The notes under the pieces: model-generated | Told to the model about the DNA's origin: nothing | Database searches by the model: none | The model's input: only the letters and a program-made list of their open reading frames with translations | Position numbers and translations under genes: made by a program | Source of the DNA: an archaeon | GTDB taxonomy: Archaea > Nanobdellota > Nanobdellia > Pacearchaeales > GW2011-AR1 | NCBI GenBank assembly: GCA_043815245.1 | Contig: JBDRJD010000008.1 | Coordinates: forward strand, 163-64,162 | Length of the DNA stretch: 64,000 nucleotides | Direction of reading: 5' to 3' | In this document: positions 18,989 to 28,164 of the stretch, one piece after another | Layout: each line of letters starts with the position of its first letter | How positions within the stretch are numbered: the stretch's first letter is position 1

Positions 18989-20381
18989 CTAAATGTCCTG
19001 GCCTTGGTTTAGTAATTTTCATTTCAAAAAACCTTAACACATGGGAAGGAGATAACAGAGTTATTCCCCTCTTTATATCCCCCATATCAAACCCTAAAGT
19101 ATCTTTCCTAACTTCTTTAATTTTAGAAACCATGATTAAATAAACTAATAATCTTAAAATTCCTGAGAGGATTATTATCAAAACAAGCGGACTAAAATTA
19201 AAGCTCAAATCAAAACTGGAAATCAATCCACCAATATTGGCCCCAACAAAAATGCCGATAGCATTAAGGATGTTGAAATAAGCAACACACAAAGCCATTC
19301 TTTGCCTTGAAACGGCGTTATAAATAAAATTACTCATTGAAAGATTAAAGCCGGCCCAAGCAAAACCAGAAAATGCTTCAATTAAAACTATATAAACTAC
19401 AAGAAAAACAAAGTTTTTAAAAAAAACTGATCCAGCCCATAAAAAAGGCACTAAAGAAATCAAAACTCCTGTGATTTTTATTGATTTGATATTTCCATAA
19501 ATATCTGCAAATTTACCCCAAGCAGGCATGAATAATAATGAGAAAAGAGCATGGCAAACAATAGTCAGTGTAAAAATAAAATAACTGAATTTTAGCTCAT
19601 TCAGCATATAAACTGCAAAAAAAGGCGATGCAACTGAAACGGCAAAGGTCATTAAGGCAACAAAAAGGGCAAATTTTCCAAAGTTGTTCTTAGGCATTTT
19701 TCTTAAAAACTGAAAAAAGCTGAAATAATATCCCTTCTCTGGTTTTAACTCTGGCTCATATTTCCTTGTAAACAAATAAGCAGATATACTCCTTCCAACA
19801 AAAGCCAGTCCAAATAAGATAACAAATCCAATAAACAGATTTGTTTTTTCAAAATACTCTAAAATTAATCCTGCAACCAACATAGAAACTAAAGCCACAG
19901 CCCCTAAAATTTTATTTCTCCTGCCAAAGTATTCAGCTGATTTGGCATTAACCAAGTCTCTCATCCAAGAAGACCATGCAGGTCCGGAAAAAGCCCCAAA
20001 TAAAACAAGAAGGGTGTAAAAAACGACTAGTAAAGGAACAACAATTGCTGAGCTTACATCCCAAACAAAATACAATCCTCCTAAAAAAATTAAAAAAAGC
20101 CACATTATCGCCTGTAATAGAACTCCATAAAAAACTATTTTTTTTCTTGGAAGTTTTTCCAGTGCCCTAGCTGAATAAAATTGCGATAAATTCCCAAACA
20201 ACGAAGGGATAGAAGCTAAGAGTCCGATATGAAAATTGCTTGCCTTTAAGGCAAGCGCAAAGGGGGTGATATACCTCAATCCAAATCCATCACTAACACT
20301 ATATGCACATCCTTCCTTAATACTTAATTTTCTAGATCTCTCCTTAAGTAAGTCCTCTTTTTCTTTAGCCGTCTCATTCAT
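18981..20381 (-). CDS. MFS transporter
   Basis: 466 aa, about 12 predicted TM helices with a typical MFS layout. No substrate call is possible. Confidence 0.65.
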   Translation of the reverse strand: MNETAKEKEDLLKERSRKLSIKEGCAYSVSDGFGLRYITPFALALKASNFHIGLLASIPSLFGNLSQFYSARALEKLPRKKIVFYGVLLQAIMWLFLIFLGGLYFVWDVSSAIVVPLLVVFYTLLVLFGAFSGPAWSSWMRDLVNAKSAEYFGRRNKILGAVALVSMLVAGLILEYFEKTNLFIGFVILFGLAFVGRSISAYLFTRKYEPELKPEKGYYFSFFQFLRKMPKNNFGKFALFVALMTFAVSVASPFFAVYMLNELKFSYFIFTLTIVCHALFSLLFMPAWGKFADIYGNIKSIKITGVLISLVPFLWAGSVFFKNFVFLVVYIVLIEAFSGFAWAGFNLSMSNFIYNAVSRQRMALCVAYFNILNAIGIFVGANIGGLISSFDLSFNFSPLVLIIILSGILRLLVYLIMVSKIKEVRKDTLGFDMGDIKRGITLLSPSHVLRFFEMKITKPRPGHLAS

Positions 20382-20449
20382 TTTTAACCTTAATCATAAA
20401 ACCTCTTTAGAAATTCCTAGTTTTTAAGCTTAACGAATGTTAAAAAACT

Positions 20450-21571
20450 CTAAAAAAACCTTAATAGTTCATAAAAGATTCCCAAAGTAAATACTAATGT
20501 AATTAAAACTATGACGACCCAGCTCATATGAACCGTAAATTCCGGCTCCCTATTACCCTTTTCCCTTGCCTTCTTAAGCATAAACATTACAGCAATGACT
20601 TCTATTCCCCCACCCACAGCCCCAGCCAATCCAAGAATCCTTGTAAAAGTAAGCAACTTAAACACAGTTAATAAAACAAACAGCACCATGGGGGTAAGCG
20701 AGGCCAACAACCATGACTTAAATTTGCTAAGATTCAGGTCATACCAAAACATATCTCTTATAGCAAAAGATAAAACAAGAAAAGCAGTAAACATTGTTAA
20801 AATTCCTAAAAATACAAATACCTTTCCCAAAGCTAGAGTAGCAACTTCAGGTACTTGCGCAAAGCTTCCAGTAACAACCAGAGCAAATAAAAGATAGATA
20901 ATAATGGGTAACAGACTACTAATGGTAATAACTTTTTTCATATACTTCTCTTTGCCCCTTAATAACATCCCTACTTCAGGAAGTGCAGCAGTTCCTAAAA
21001 AAGAAAATAAGATAACTCCAAAGGGAACAAACCAATCAAGTTTATCTCCCGAGATAGTAGCAAGTTTTGCAATATCCACACTAGGCGCATAATAAAGAAA
21101 TATCACTGAAAAGGTAATCAAAACGACAATCAATGCAATTGGCTCAAATCTCTTCATAGCCTTGATACCAGAATGAGTGAGGCCCGAAAGCACAAACCAA
21201 AAGATTATTCCAAACAACAATGTATGCTCTGTACTCCCAAAAAACAAAAAACTCAAACTTCTTCCCTCTCCAATCATATAAGCAAGCAAGGAAGAGTATA
21301 TTCCAAAAATCATTGCGAACATAATCACATATTTTCCTTTTTTTCCAAGATACTTCTCAGCATAACCCACTAATTCATGATTCCCCTTGGTCCTTAATAT
21401 TACCTCCCCCCAATAAAGCCTAGAAAGATACATTAGCAGTCCAAGAACTACAATATAAACAAAGGCAATTGGAAACCCCGCTTTCCAGCTAACATAAGGA
21501 ATCCCTAAAAATCCAGCACCTATAATTGTACCAGTTAAAGTTGCAATTGCAGCAAATACTTTTTTATTCAT
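20450..21571 (-). CDS. Amino acid permease (Aa_trans/Trp-Tyr permease-like)
   Basis: 373 aa, polytopic. N-terminal LTGTIIGAGFLGIPY motif typical of this transporter family. Confidence 0.6.
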   Translation of the reverse strand: MNKKVFAAIATLTGTIIGAGFLGIPYVSWKAGFPIAFVYIVVLGLLMYLSRLYWGEVILRTKGNHELVGYAEKYLGKKGKYVIMFAMIFGIYSSLLAYMIGEGRSLSFLFFGSTEHTLLFGIIFWFVLSGLTHSGIKAMKRFEPIALIVVLITFSVIFLYYAPSVDIAKLATISGDKLDWFVPFGVILFSFLGTAALPEVGMLLRGKEKYMKKVITISSLLPIIIYLLFALVVTGSFAQVPEVATLALGKVFVFLGILTMFTAFLVLSFAIRDMFWYDLNLSKFKSWLLASLTPMVLFVLLTVFKLLTFTRILGLAGAVGGGIEVIAVMFMLKKAREKGNREPEFTVHMSWVVIVLITLVFTLGIFYELLRFF

Positions 21572-21604
21572 ATTCTCCTCTTTTTTTACTTTGTGAAAAG
21601 TTTA

Positions 21605-21676
21605 CGGGCCTACTAGGAATCGAACCTAGAGCTACAGGGCCGAAACCTGTTATTTTATCCGTTAAACTATAGGCCC
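21605..21676 (-). tRNA. tRNA-Arg (anticodon UCG)
   Basis: The reverse complement folds as a cloverleaf: acceptor GGGCCTA/TAGGCCC, anticodon stem ACAGG/CCTGT with loop TTTCGGC, T-arm CTAGG-TTCGATT-CCTAG. No encoded CCA. Confidence 0.85.
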
Positions 21677-21737
21677 AATATTAAGAAAAAACAAACATAT
21701 TTAAAATATGCGTATTATATAATCTTGAGGTGAAAAA

Positions 21738-22571
21738 ATGAAACGTCATGTTTTATCGCTCTATACGCTTATAATAATCCTTATGGCTAGCCAGGTCTTT
21801 ATTATGACCACTTTTATAATTAGGACGGAACAGCTAGAAAACAGGATAAATGACTCTTACCACCAGATAGAAATACAAATCGATTCAAATCAAAAAGAAA
21901 CTCAAGGAAAATTTAATGAGCTCACTTCAAGTTTAATTGACACGCAAGACCTGCTGACAGAAGAATTAAGTGTTTTAAAAGCAAAAACATCAGCCGACTT
22001 TTCAGGAATTGCTGAAATAGCAGTCCATTCAGTAGTCACAGTTCGTACAGACGTTTCTCAAGGCACAGGATTCCTCCTAACAGATGATGGATATATTGTA
22101 ACAAACGCGCATGTTCTATCCGGTGCTTCATTTGCAAACATACTAACCTACAGCAAAGAATCAATAAACGCAGATTTAATTGGATATGACCTAACAATGG
22201 ATGTAGCCGTATTAAAAATATCCGGCAGCTATGATCCTCTTGAAATTGCAGACTCAGATAAAGTAAAAATAGGCGAAAAAGTAATTGCAATCGGGAATCC
22301 CCTAGGTCTTTCTTTTTCAGTTTCAGAAGGCATTGTCTCAGGAGTAGACAGAGAAGGTATTAACGATCTTCCTTACTATATCCAAACTGATGTTGCACTA
22401 AACCCTGGAAACTCTGGAGGTCCATTAATTAACACTCGGGGAGAGGTCATAGGCATAAACAATTTCAAAATATCTGGCGGAGAGAATCTAGGATTTGCCT
22501 TAGAGTCAAACCAAATGGTAAATGCAATAAATGAAATCGGATTCGAAGAAATAGGCCACGCCATAATATAA
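21738..22571 (+). CDS. HtrA-like trypsin-fold serine protease, membrane-anchored, no PDZ domain
   Basis: 277 aa. N-terminal TM helix. GTGFLLTDDGYIVTNAHV (catalytic His region) and GNSGGPLIN (catalytic Ser). GAGGTGA lies upstream of the ATG. Confidence 0.75.
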   Translation: MKRHVLSLYTLIIILMASQVFIMTTFIIRTEQLENRINDSYHQIEIQIDSNQKETQGKFNELTSSLIDTQDLLTEELSVLKAKTSADFSGIAEIAVHSVVTVRTDVSQGTGFLLTDDGYIVTNAHVLSGASFANILTYSKESINADLIGYDLTMDVAVLKISGSYDPLEIADSDKVKIGEKVIAIGNPLGLSFSVSEGIVSGVDREGINDLPYYIQTDVALNPGNSGGPLINTRGEVIGINNFKISGGENLGFALESNQMVNAINEIGFEEIGHAII

Positions 22572-22618
22572 CTTACACAACATAAATGCTTTTATACATC
22601 TAGGGCTTTTTATGAAAA

Positions 22619-23533
22619 ATGAGGTTATTCCATGTTGTTGAATCTCAGCAATTTGATAAAGAAACTATTCAAACACTGTTTAGTATTGCAGATTCCTTTC
22701 TTTCTAAAAAACCTTCGCCGATTTTAGCAGGAAAAATTATGTGTTCACTATTCTACGAACCGTCAACGAGAACAAGGTTTAGCTTTGAATCAGCAATGAA
22801 ACTATTAGGTGGCCAAGTAATCTCTACAGAAGCTGCCGGAATGTTTTCTTCAGTAGTAAAGGGGGAAAGTTTAAACGATACAATAAGAGTTATAGATGAT
22901 TACTGCGATGTAATTGTACTAAGGCACAAAGAAGAAGACGCATCTGAAATAGCTTCAAAGATATCAAAAGTTCCCGTGATAAATGCAGGTAGCGGAACAG
23001 GGCAACATCCAACACAATCTCTTCTTGACTTGTATACAATAAAAAAAGAGCTAGGAAGAGTTGATAATCTAAAGGTAGCGGTAGTGGGAGACTTGGCCTA
23101 CGGAAGAACTGTCCGTTCACTAGCGTACATGCTTGGAAAATTTGAAAACAACGAGATATTCTTTATATCTCCTGAAAATCTGAGAATGAAAGAAGATTTA
23201 AAAGAATACTTAAAAAGAAACGATACAAAATTCCACGAGTTGTCAAGTTTCGAGCATATTCTACCCGAAATAGATGTTATCTACATGACAAGGATCCAAA
23301 AAGAAAGAATGTCTGTAGAAGATTATGAACAAGCAAAAGGAAAGCTCATAGTCACTCAAAAAGAACTTGACAAAATGAAATCCTCGGCTAGACTAATGCA
23401 TCCACTGCCGAAAATAAATGAAGTCCAGCTCTCAATTGAAACAGAAGAAAATAATCCTAAAGTAGCTTACTTCAGACAAGCCCAAAACGGCTTACTCATA
23501 AGAATGGCTTTGTTGAAAATGATTCTTGAATAA
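22619..23533 (+). CDS. pyrB: Aspartate carbamoyltransferase catalytic chain
   Basis: 304 aa. EPSTRTRFSFE, GQHPTQSLLD and HPLP motifs. No pyrI is adjacent. Confidence 0.9.
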   Translation: MRLFHVVESQQFDKETIQTLFSIADSFLSKKPSPILAGKIMCSLFYEPSTRTRFSFESAMKLLGGQVISTEAAGMFSSVVKGESLNDTIRVIDDYCDVIVLRHKEEDASEIASKISKVPVINAGSGTGQHPTQSLLDLYTIKKELGRVDNLKVAVVGDLAYGRTVRSLAYMLGKFENNEIFFISPENLRMKEDLKEYLKRNDTKFHELSSFEHILPEIDVIYMTRIQKERMSVEDYEQAKGKLIVTQKELDKMKSSARLMHPLPKINEVQLSIETEENNPKVAYFRQAQNGLLIRMALLKMILE

Positions 23534-23564
23534 ACTTTAAATAACACCAAATACTAGTCATTAC

Positions 23565-25001
23565 ATGAGTGAAAAAGAAGGACTTACTGTAAAAAAAGAA
23601 AATGACTTTTCAGAGTGGTACCAGCAGCTCATTCTTAAATCCGAACTAGCGGACTATACGGGAGTATCAGGAGCAATTGTCTTTCGTCCAAGATCCTATG
23701 CAATCTGGGAAAAAACACAAAAAACAATTGATGAAGAATTTAAAAAAATAGGTATTCAGAACGTATATTTTCCCCTTTTTATTCCAGAATCTCTCCTCGC
23801 AAGAGAGAAAACCCATGTAGCAGGCTTCACCCCAGAAGTAGCATGGGTTACAGAGGCTGGCAAGACTCCACTAAAAGAAAGGCTTGCTGTCCGTCCAACT
23901 TCAGAAGCAATAATGTATGACTCATATTCAAGATGGATCCGATCTTGGCGGGACCTTCCGCTAAGGTTAAACCAGTGGAACAATGTAGTGAGATGGGAAT
24001 TTAAGCATCCAGTCCCATTTTTTAGAACCAGAGAATTTTTATGGAACGAAGGCCATCATGCATACTCCAATCCAAAAGATTTAGAAAAAGACAAAAACGC
24101 AATACTCAAAATCTATTCTGATTTCCTTAAGAATTATATGGCTCTCCCAGGATTAATAGGTAAGAAAACTCAAAAAGAAAAATTTGCTGGAGCCCTAGAT
24201 ACTTATACAATTGAACTAATGCTACCAAATGGAAAAGCAATACAGGGCCCAGATTACCATGATGATGGGCAGAATTTTGCAAAAGCCTACGGAATAAAGT
24301 TCTTAGATGAAAAAGGAAAAGAATCATTTGTTTGGCAATCCACTTATGCAATTACAACAAGAATGCTTGGGGTAATGTTTGCAATACATTCTGATAATAA
24401 AGGATTGGTAATCCCTCCTAAATTGGCTGAAAATAAAATAGTAGTAATCCCGATTTACAAATCAGATTCTAAGAAAAAAGTTTTAAGTGAAGCCAAAAAA
24501 CTAATTAAACAGCTAGAAGAATTTTTCCCATTACTAGATGAAAGAGAAGATTATAGTGTGGGTTGGAAATTTAACGAATGGGAGTTAAAAGGAATCCCTT
24601 TAAGAATTGAACTCGGCCCAAGGGATCTTAAGACAAAATCAGTTTCTATTGTGAAAAGAACCGGCCAAAAATCAGCGGTAAAAATATCAGAACTTAAAAA
24701 GAAAGTTCCAAAGCTACTGCAAGAAATCCACAACGAGCTTTACAAAAATGCGGAAAAATTATTAAAAACAAGTATTACGAAGGCAGATTCAATGGATGAA
24801 CTAAAAAAAGCAATTAAAGATAAAAAAATTGCACTAGCTCCCCTTTGCAGTAATCCAGAATGCGAAGACTGGATTAAAGCAAAAACAGTTGGAGCAAAAA
24901 CACTAAACATCCCTCTCACTCAACCTAGCTTAAATGGAAAAAAGTGCATTTACTGTAAAAAACAAGCCGCATATTTAATCCACATTGGTAAGAGCTACTA
25001 A
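23565..25001 (+). CDS. proS: Prolyl-tRNA synthetase (archaeal/eukaryal type)
   Basis: 478 aa. Class II core (FRPRSYAIWE, RPTSEAIMY, RWEFKHPVPFFRTREFLWNEGH) and a C-terminal Cys-containing domain (CSNPECEDW..CIYCKK). Confidence 0.9.
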   Translation: MSEKEGLTVKKENDFSEWYQQLILKSELADYTGVSGAIVFRPRSYAIWEKTQKTIDEEFKKIGIQNVYFPLFIPESLLAREKTHVAGFTPEVAWVTEAGKTPLKERLAVRPTSEAIMYDSYSRWIRSWRDLPLRLNQWNNVVRWEFKHPVPFFRTREFLWNEGHHAYSNPKDLEKDKNAILKIYSDFLKNYMALPGLIGKKTQKEKFAGALDTYTIELMLPNGKAIQGPDYHDDGQNFAKAYGIKFLDEKGKESFVWQSTYAITTRMLGVMFAIHSDNKGLVIPPKLAENKIVVIPIYKSDSKKKVLSEAKKLIKQLEEFFPLLDEREDYSVGWKFNEWELKGIPLRIELGPRDLKTKSVSIVKRTGQKSAVKISELKKKVPKLLQEIHNELYKNAEKLLKTSITKADSMDELKKAIKDKKIALAPLCSNPECEDWIKAKTVGAKTLNIPLTQPSLNGKKCIYCKKQAAYLIHIGKSY

Positions 25002-25561
25002 ACCCTGCCAATTTTGTTAATTCTTTTTAGCCTAAGAGAAATCAAAAGCCCTAAAATAGAAAAAACAAGCATAACTGTAAATAGTGCCTTAAATCCAAAG
25101 TAAAAAGCAAGAGCTCCTCCTGCAAGAGCTGCAAAAGCGGTCACAAAGCTCCTCATGCTTGCATAAAGCCCCCACTCAGATACAAACTTACCTTTATCTA
25201 AGAATTTACTATATAATCCATCATATACCGGACTGTTAAATGCCTCAGCGGCCCCTACAATGGCTTGAACTAAAAATAAATGGTACTTACTTGTAACAAA
25301 AAAATAACCTATTGCTCCGAAACAAAAGAGTACATAACTGAAAATCAATAATTTCTCCTTGTGTTTCTGATGGTTTTCCCACCTACTTACAAAATAAATA
25401 AATACCCCCATGAAAAATAAGTAAACAGCATAAGTTATTCCCGCATCAAGTACATCTCCTCCAATTTCTTCAACAAAAATAGCATAAATAGGTATTAACA
25501 ACCCAAATGCAAATAGGACGAAACCGTCTGCAGCTAGCAATACTCTCAACCCTTTTTTCAT
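24998..25561 (-). CDS. Stand-alone 6-TM MFS-like half transporter
   Basis: 187 aa with six hydrophobic segments that resemble one MFS half. No partner half is adjacent. Confidence 0.45.
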   Translation of the reverse strand: MKKGLRVLLAADGFVLFAFGLLIPIYAIFVEEIGGDVLDAGITYAVYLFFMGVFIYFVSRWENHQKHKEKLLIFSYVLFCFGAIGYFFVTSKYHLFLVQAIVGAAEAFNSPVYDGLYSKFLDKGKFVSEWGLYASMRSFVTAFAALAGGALAFYFGFKALFTVMLVFSILGLLISLRLKRINKIGRV

Positions 25562-25581
25562 AATCTAACGAGATAAAGAAA

Positions 25582-26481
25582 TTATTTAAAACTTCCTGCA
25601 ACTATCAGTGGGAGAGCAATAGTAGCATCACAGTAAACATTCACAAATCTCGCTTTTTCTTTCATCTTCCCCCAAGAAACTCCTTCCTTTAAAGGAGCCC
25701 CACCACTCCCCCCGCTTTCTACCCTATCCAATCCCAATTGAATCCCATATGAAGCAGGAGAAGAAAACTGCATTGCTTGTTGAATAAAATTTTTAGGAAC
25801 TCCCCCATTAATATAAAAAACTCCTTTTTTCTTACTAGTCCAAGCAAAATCAATAATCTCCTTCATATCTTCAAATGCATCAATCTCTATTTTCTTACCC
25901 TGAGCTTTCCTGCCCCAAATCATTAATCCAATTCCGCAATCAGCCAATGCTGGGCAAAATATTGGGATTTTATTTTCATAGCACTTTCTCAAAATAGAAT
26001 CTTTAGTTTTAATCAAGCTTCCTAGCTTCCATAAAAATTCTTTAATAGTCTTGTTATCTTTAAGACCATCCCAATTTTTATCAAAAAATTTCTCTAAATC
26101 CTGATAAACTTCATCTTTCATATAAACATTATAAATTCTGTTGATTCCTTCCTTATTTAACTTAAAGTCCTCTTCATTTTCATTTCCAATATAATGTTTA
26201 TTTCCTAAAGCCTCAATTAAATCATGCGTTAAATTAGCACCATTGGTTACAAACACAGAAGTGTAATCTAAAATATCTAAGATCACCTCCTTCATTCCTC
26301 CAGGCACCATCGCCCCAGATAAACCTAAAAAAATCTTACACTCTTTATCTTTAATCATCTCCCTTAAAATTTCAGCAGCTTCACTTAGCTTTTTCGCCTG
26401 AAATCCAATTTCTCCCATTTCTTTAACTAATTCAGAAACTTTCATTTCTTTTTTAACTTTTAAATGCTTTATAGGTTTCAT
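25582..26481 (-). CDS. dys: Deoxyhypusine synthase
   Basis: 299 aa. LGLSGAMVPGGMKEVILDIL..VFVTNGANLTHDLIEALG and GGVPKNFIQQ match the DHS family pattern. Confidence 0.8.
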   Translation of the reverse strand: MKPIKHLKVKKEMKVSELVKEMGEIGFQAKKLSEAAEILREMIKDKECKIFLGLSGAMVPGGMKEVILDILDYTSVFVTNGANLTHDLIEALGNKHYIGNENEEDFKLNKEGINRIYNVYMKDEVYQDLEKFFDKNWDGLKDNKTIKEFLWKLGSLIKTKDSILRKCYENKIPIFCPALADCGIGLMIWGRKAQGKKIEIDAFEDMKEIIDFAWTSKKKGVFYINGGVPKNFIQQAMQFSSPASYGIQLGLDRVESGGSGGAPLKEGVSWGKMKEKARFVNVYCDATIALPLIVAGSFK

Positions 26482-27509
26482 TTTGCTAACCTCTCCAAAT
26501 TTTCCTTAAATTTTGGAAGATCCTCAACTTGCATCTGCGCACCAGTAGCATGCAAGTGCCCACCCCCAGTAGCGCCTTCTATCCCCTTAATAGCTTCATC
26601 AGTAAGAGTTCTCACATCCATACTACCTCTTAAAGAGATATTAGCCTTAACCCCCTTAATATAAACAACTACTACTACCTTATCCGGATGCCTGTAAATT
26701 AATTCATTTGAAACATCTGCAGATAAACTCAGCTCTCCACCATACTGAAAATATAAAAGATTACCCTTTTTAACAAACGACTCAGCCTTCTGAATCAGCT
26801 TCTGATACTTGCTATCTACTTGATTAAATCTAAAAAGCATTTGGTGGGCTTTTTTCTCATCTAAAATGTCATATGGAGACTTAATAGAAGAAAGATATTT
26901 AATCATAGTTACAACATGACTAGTCCTATCTTTAAGAGCAAAACTAAATATCCTGGTCAGCTTACCAAGCTCAGTTGTATAAACCCCTTGAAAAGCAGTC
27001 TGCACACTTCTCCAGAGCTCAGGATACTCCATCCTTATATCTTCAGAAAAATCCGGCAAGAACCCGTCAGCAATACACCCACATAAAGCTATCCATTTAT
27101 CTTCTTTTTTTTGGCTTACTTGATAGCAGAGGAAAGTTGTTGGTACATTATTACCTCGGGCCCTAGTGGGGTTATAATAATAGATATCCTTGGATACCTC
27201 TCCAATATCATGATGATCAATCCAAACTAAGGGGATATTCAATTTTTTAGCTTCTTCAACAAAGCTATCTGCAATTATTGGCTTGTCTAGCACAAAGATA
27301 TAATCTGGCTTCAACTCCTGAACTTTTCTAAAGTAGCTTACATTCAAATCAGGAAAAGATCTTATTGCAACTCCCTTACCTCTTTGAATGAATCTCCTAA
27401 GTAGTAAAAAGCTACATAACCCATCTGCATCATTATCAAAAAAGAAAAGTGGATTCTGAGCCTTATTTAAGTGCTCTCTTATCTCTTCAATTTCTCCCTT
27501 AGTTAACAT
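26478..27509 (-). CDS. DHH/DHHA1 phosphoesterase (RecJ-like)
   Basis: 343 aa. FFDNDADGLCS (motif I), VWIDHHD (DHH), GGGHLHATGAQM (DHHA1 GGGH). 4-nt overlap with dys. Confidence 0.75.
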   Translation of the reverse strand: MLTKGEIEEIREHLNKAQNPLFFFDNDADGLCSFLLLRRFIQRGKGVAIRSFPDLNVSYFRKVQELKPDYIFVLDKPIIADSFVEEAKKLNIPLVWIDHHDIGEVSKDIYYYNPTRARGNNVPTTFLCYQVSQKKEDKWIALCGCIADGFLPDFSEDIRMEYPELWRSVQTAFQGVYTTELGKLTRIFSFALKDRTSHVVTMIKYLSSIKSPYDILDEKKAHQMLFRFNQVDSKYQKLIQKAESFVKKGNLLYFQYGGELSLSADVSNELIYRHPDKVVVVVYIKGVKANISLRGSMDVRTLTDEAIKGIEGATGGGHLHATGAQMQVEDLPKFKENLERLAK

Positions 27510-27540
27510 TTTAAATACAAGAAAAAAGCGTTTTTAAACC

Positions 27541-27771
27541 TCACGTAACACTTCTTTTCTGATTTTTTGCCTGCTTTTTATAAACTATCCCAACACCTAT
27601 AGCCACTGCTACAATTAACATCCCCGCACCAATTACCCAACCACTATAGCCCCCACCCCCTTCTTGAAATAATTCCCCAATTACCTGCCCAGTATAAGGA
27701 TCTGACGTAATAAAAACCAGCCCAGCTAGTGCAATTCCTAAAAAAATCAGAGCTACTGCAATTCTATGCAT
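27541..27771 (-). CDS. Small membrane protein
   Basis: 76 aa with two hydrophobic helices and a basic C-terminal tail. Confidence 0.4.
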   Translation of the reverse strand: MHRIAVALIFLGIALAGLVFITSDPYTGQVIGELFQEGGGGYSGWVIGAGMLIVAVAIGVGIVYKKQAKNQKRSVT

Positions 27772-27877
27772 TTTTCACCTTTTCTGTTATACCTCTAAAC
27801 AAACTCAAGAGTATATATTCCTTATCATTATATTGCACTAGCATAAAATATATAAATCAAAATCCTCTGTTTCCGGT

Positions 27878-28093
27878 ATGAACAAGTGGTTAGAACTTTT
27901 AATCGGACTGATACTTGTAATAGGAATGATCCTAATAGGATACTACGCTAGGCTACAAAGCTGGGCAGTCTGGGGAATATCGCTTGACTTCTTAGGACCA
28001 GCCTGGATAACCCTTAAAGGGGGGATATTCTGGTTTATAATAGGAATAGGCGCACTTTTTATCTTACTAGGGATTTCTGACTTACGGGAGTAA
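27878..28093 (+). CDS. Small membrane protein
   Basis: 71 aa with two or three hydrophobic helices. Confidence 0.4.
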   Translation: MNKWLELLIGLILVIGMILIGYYARLQSWAVWGISLDFLGPAWITLKGGIFWFIIGIGALFILLGISDLRE

Positions 28094-28164
28094 ATTTTTA
28101 TTTTTATTATCTTTTATTATTTAGTATTTTTATAAAATGGGGGGTACTCAATTTGATTTCTGAC

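Noticed and set aside
1238-21373. Remaining short antisense or overlapping track ORFs (e.g. 1238-1477, 5349-5579, 6054-6254, 7432-7700, 9572-9832, 11079-11681, 12953-13174, 13880-14086, 15029-15223, 16549-17187, 17607-17789, 18022-18255, 19976-21373)
   Set aside because: Each lies within a longer ORF that has clear family motifs or membrane topology. They are the chance open frames expected in AT-rich DNA.
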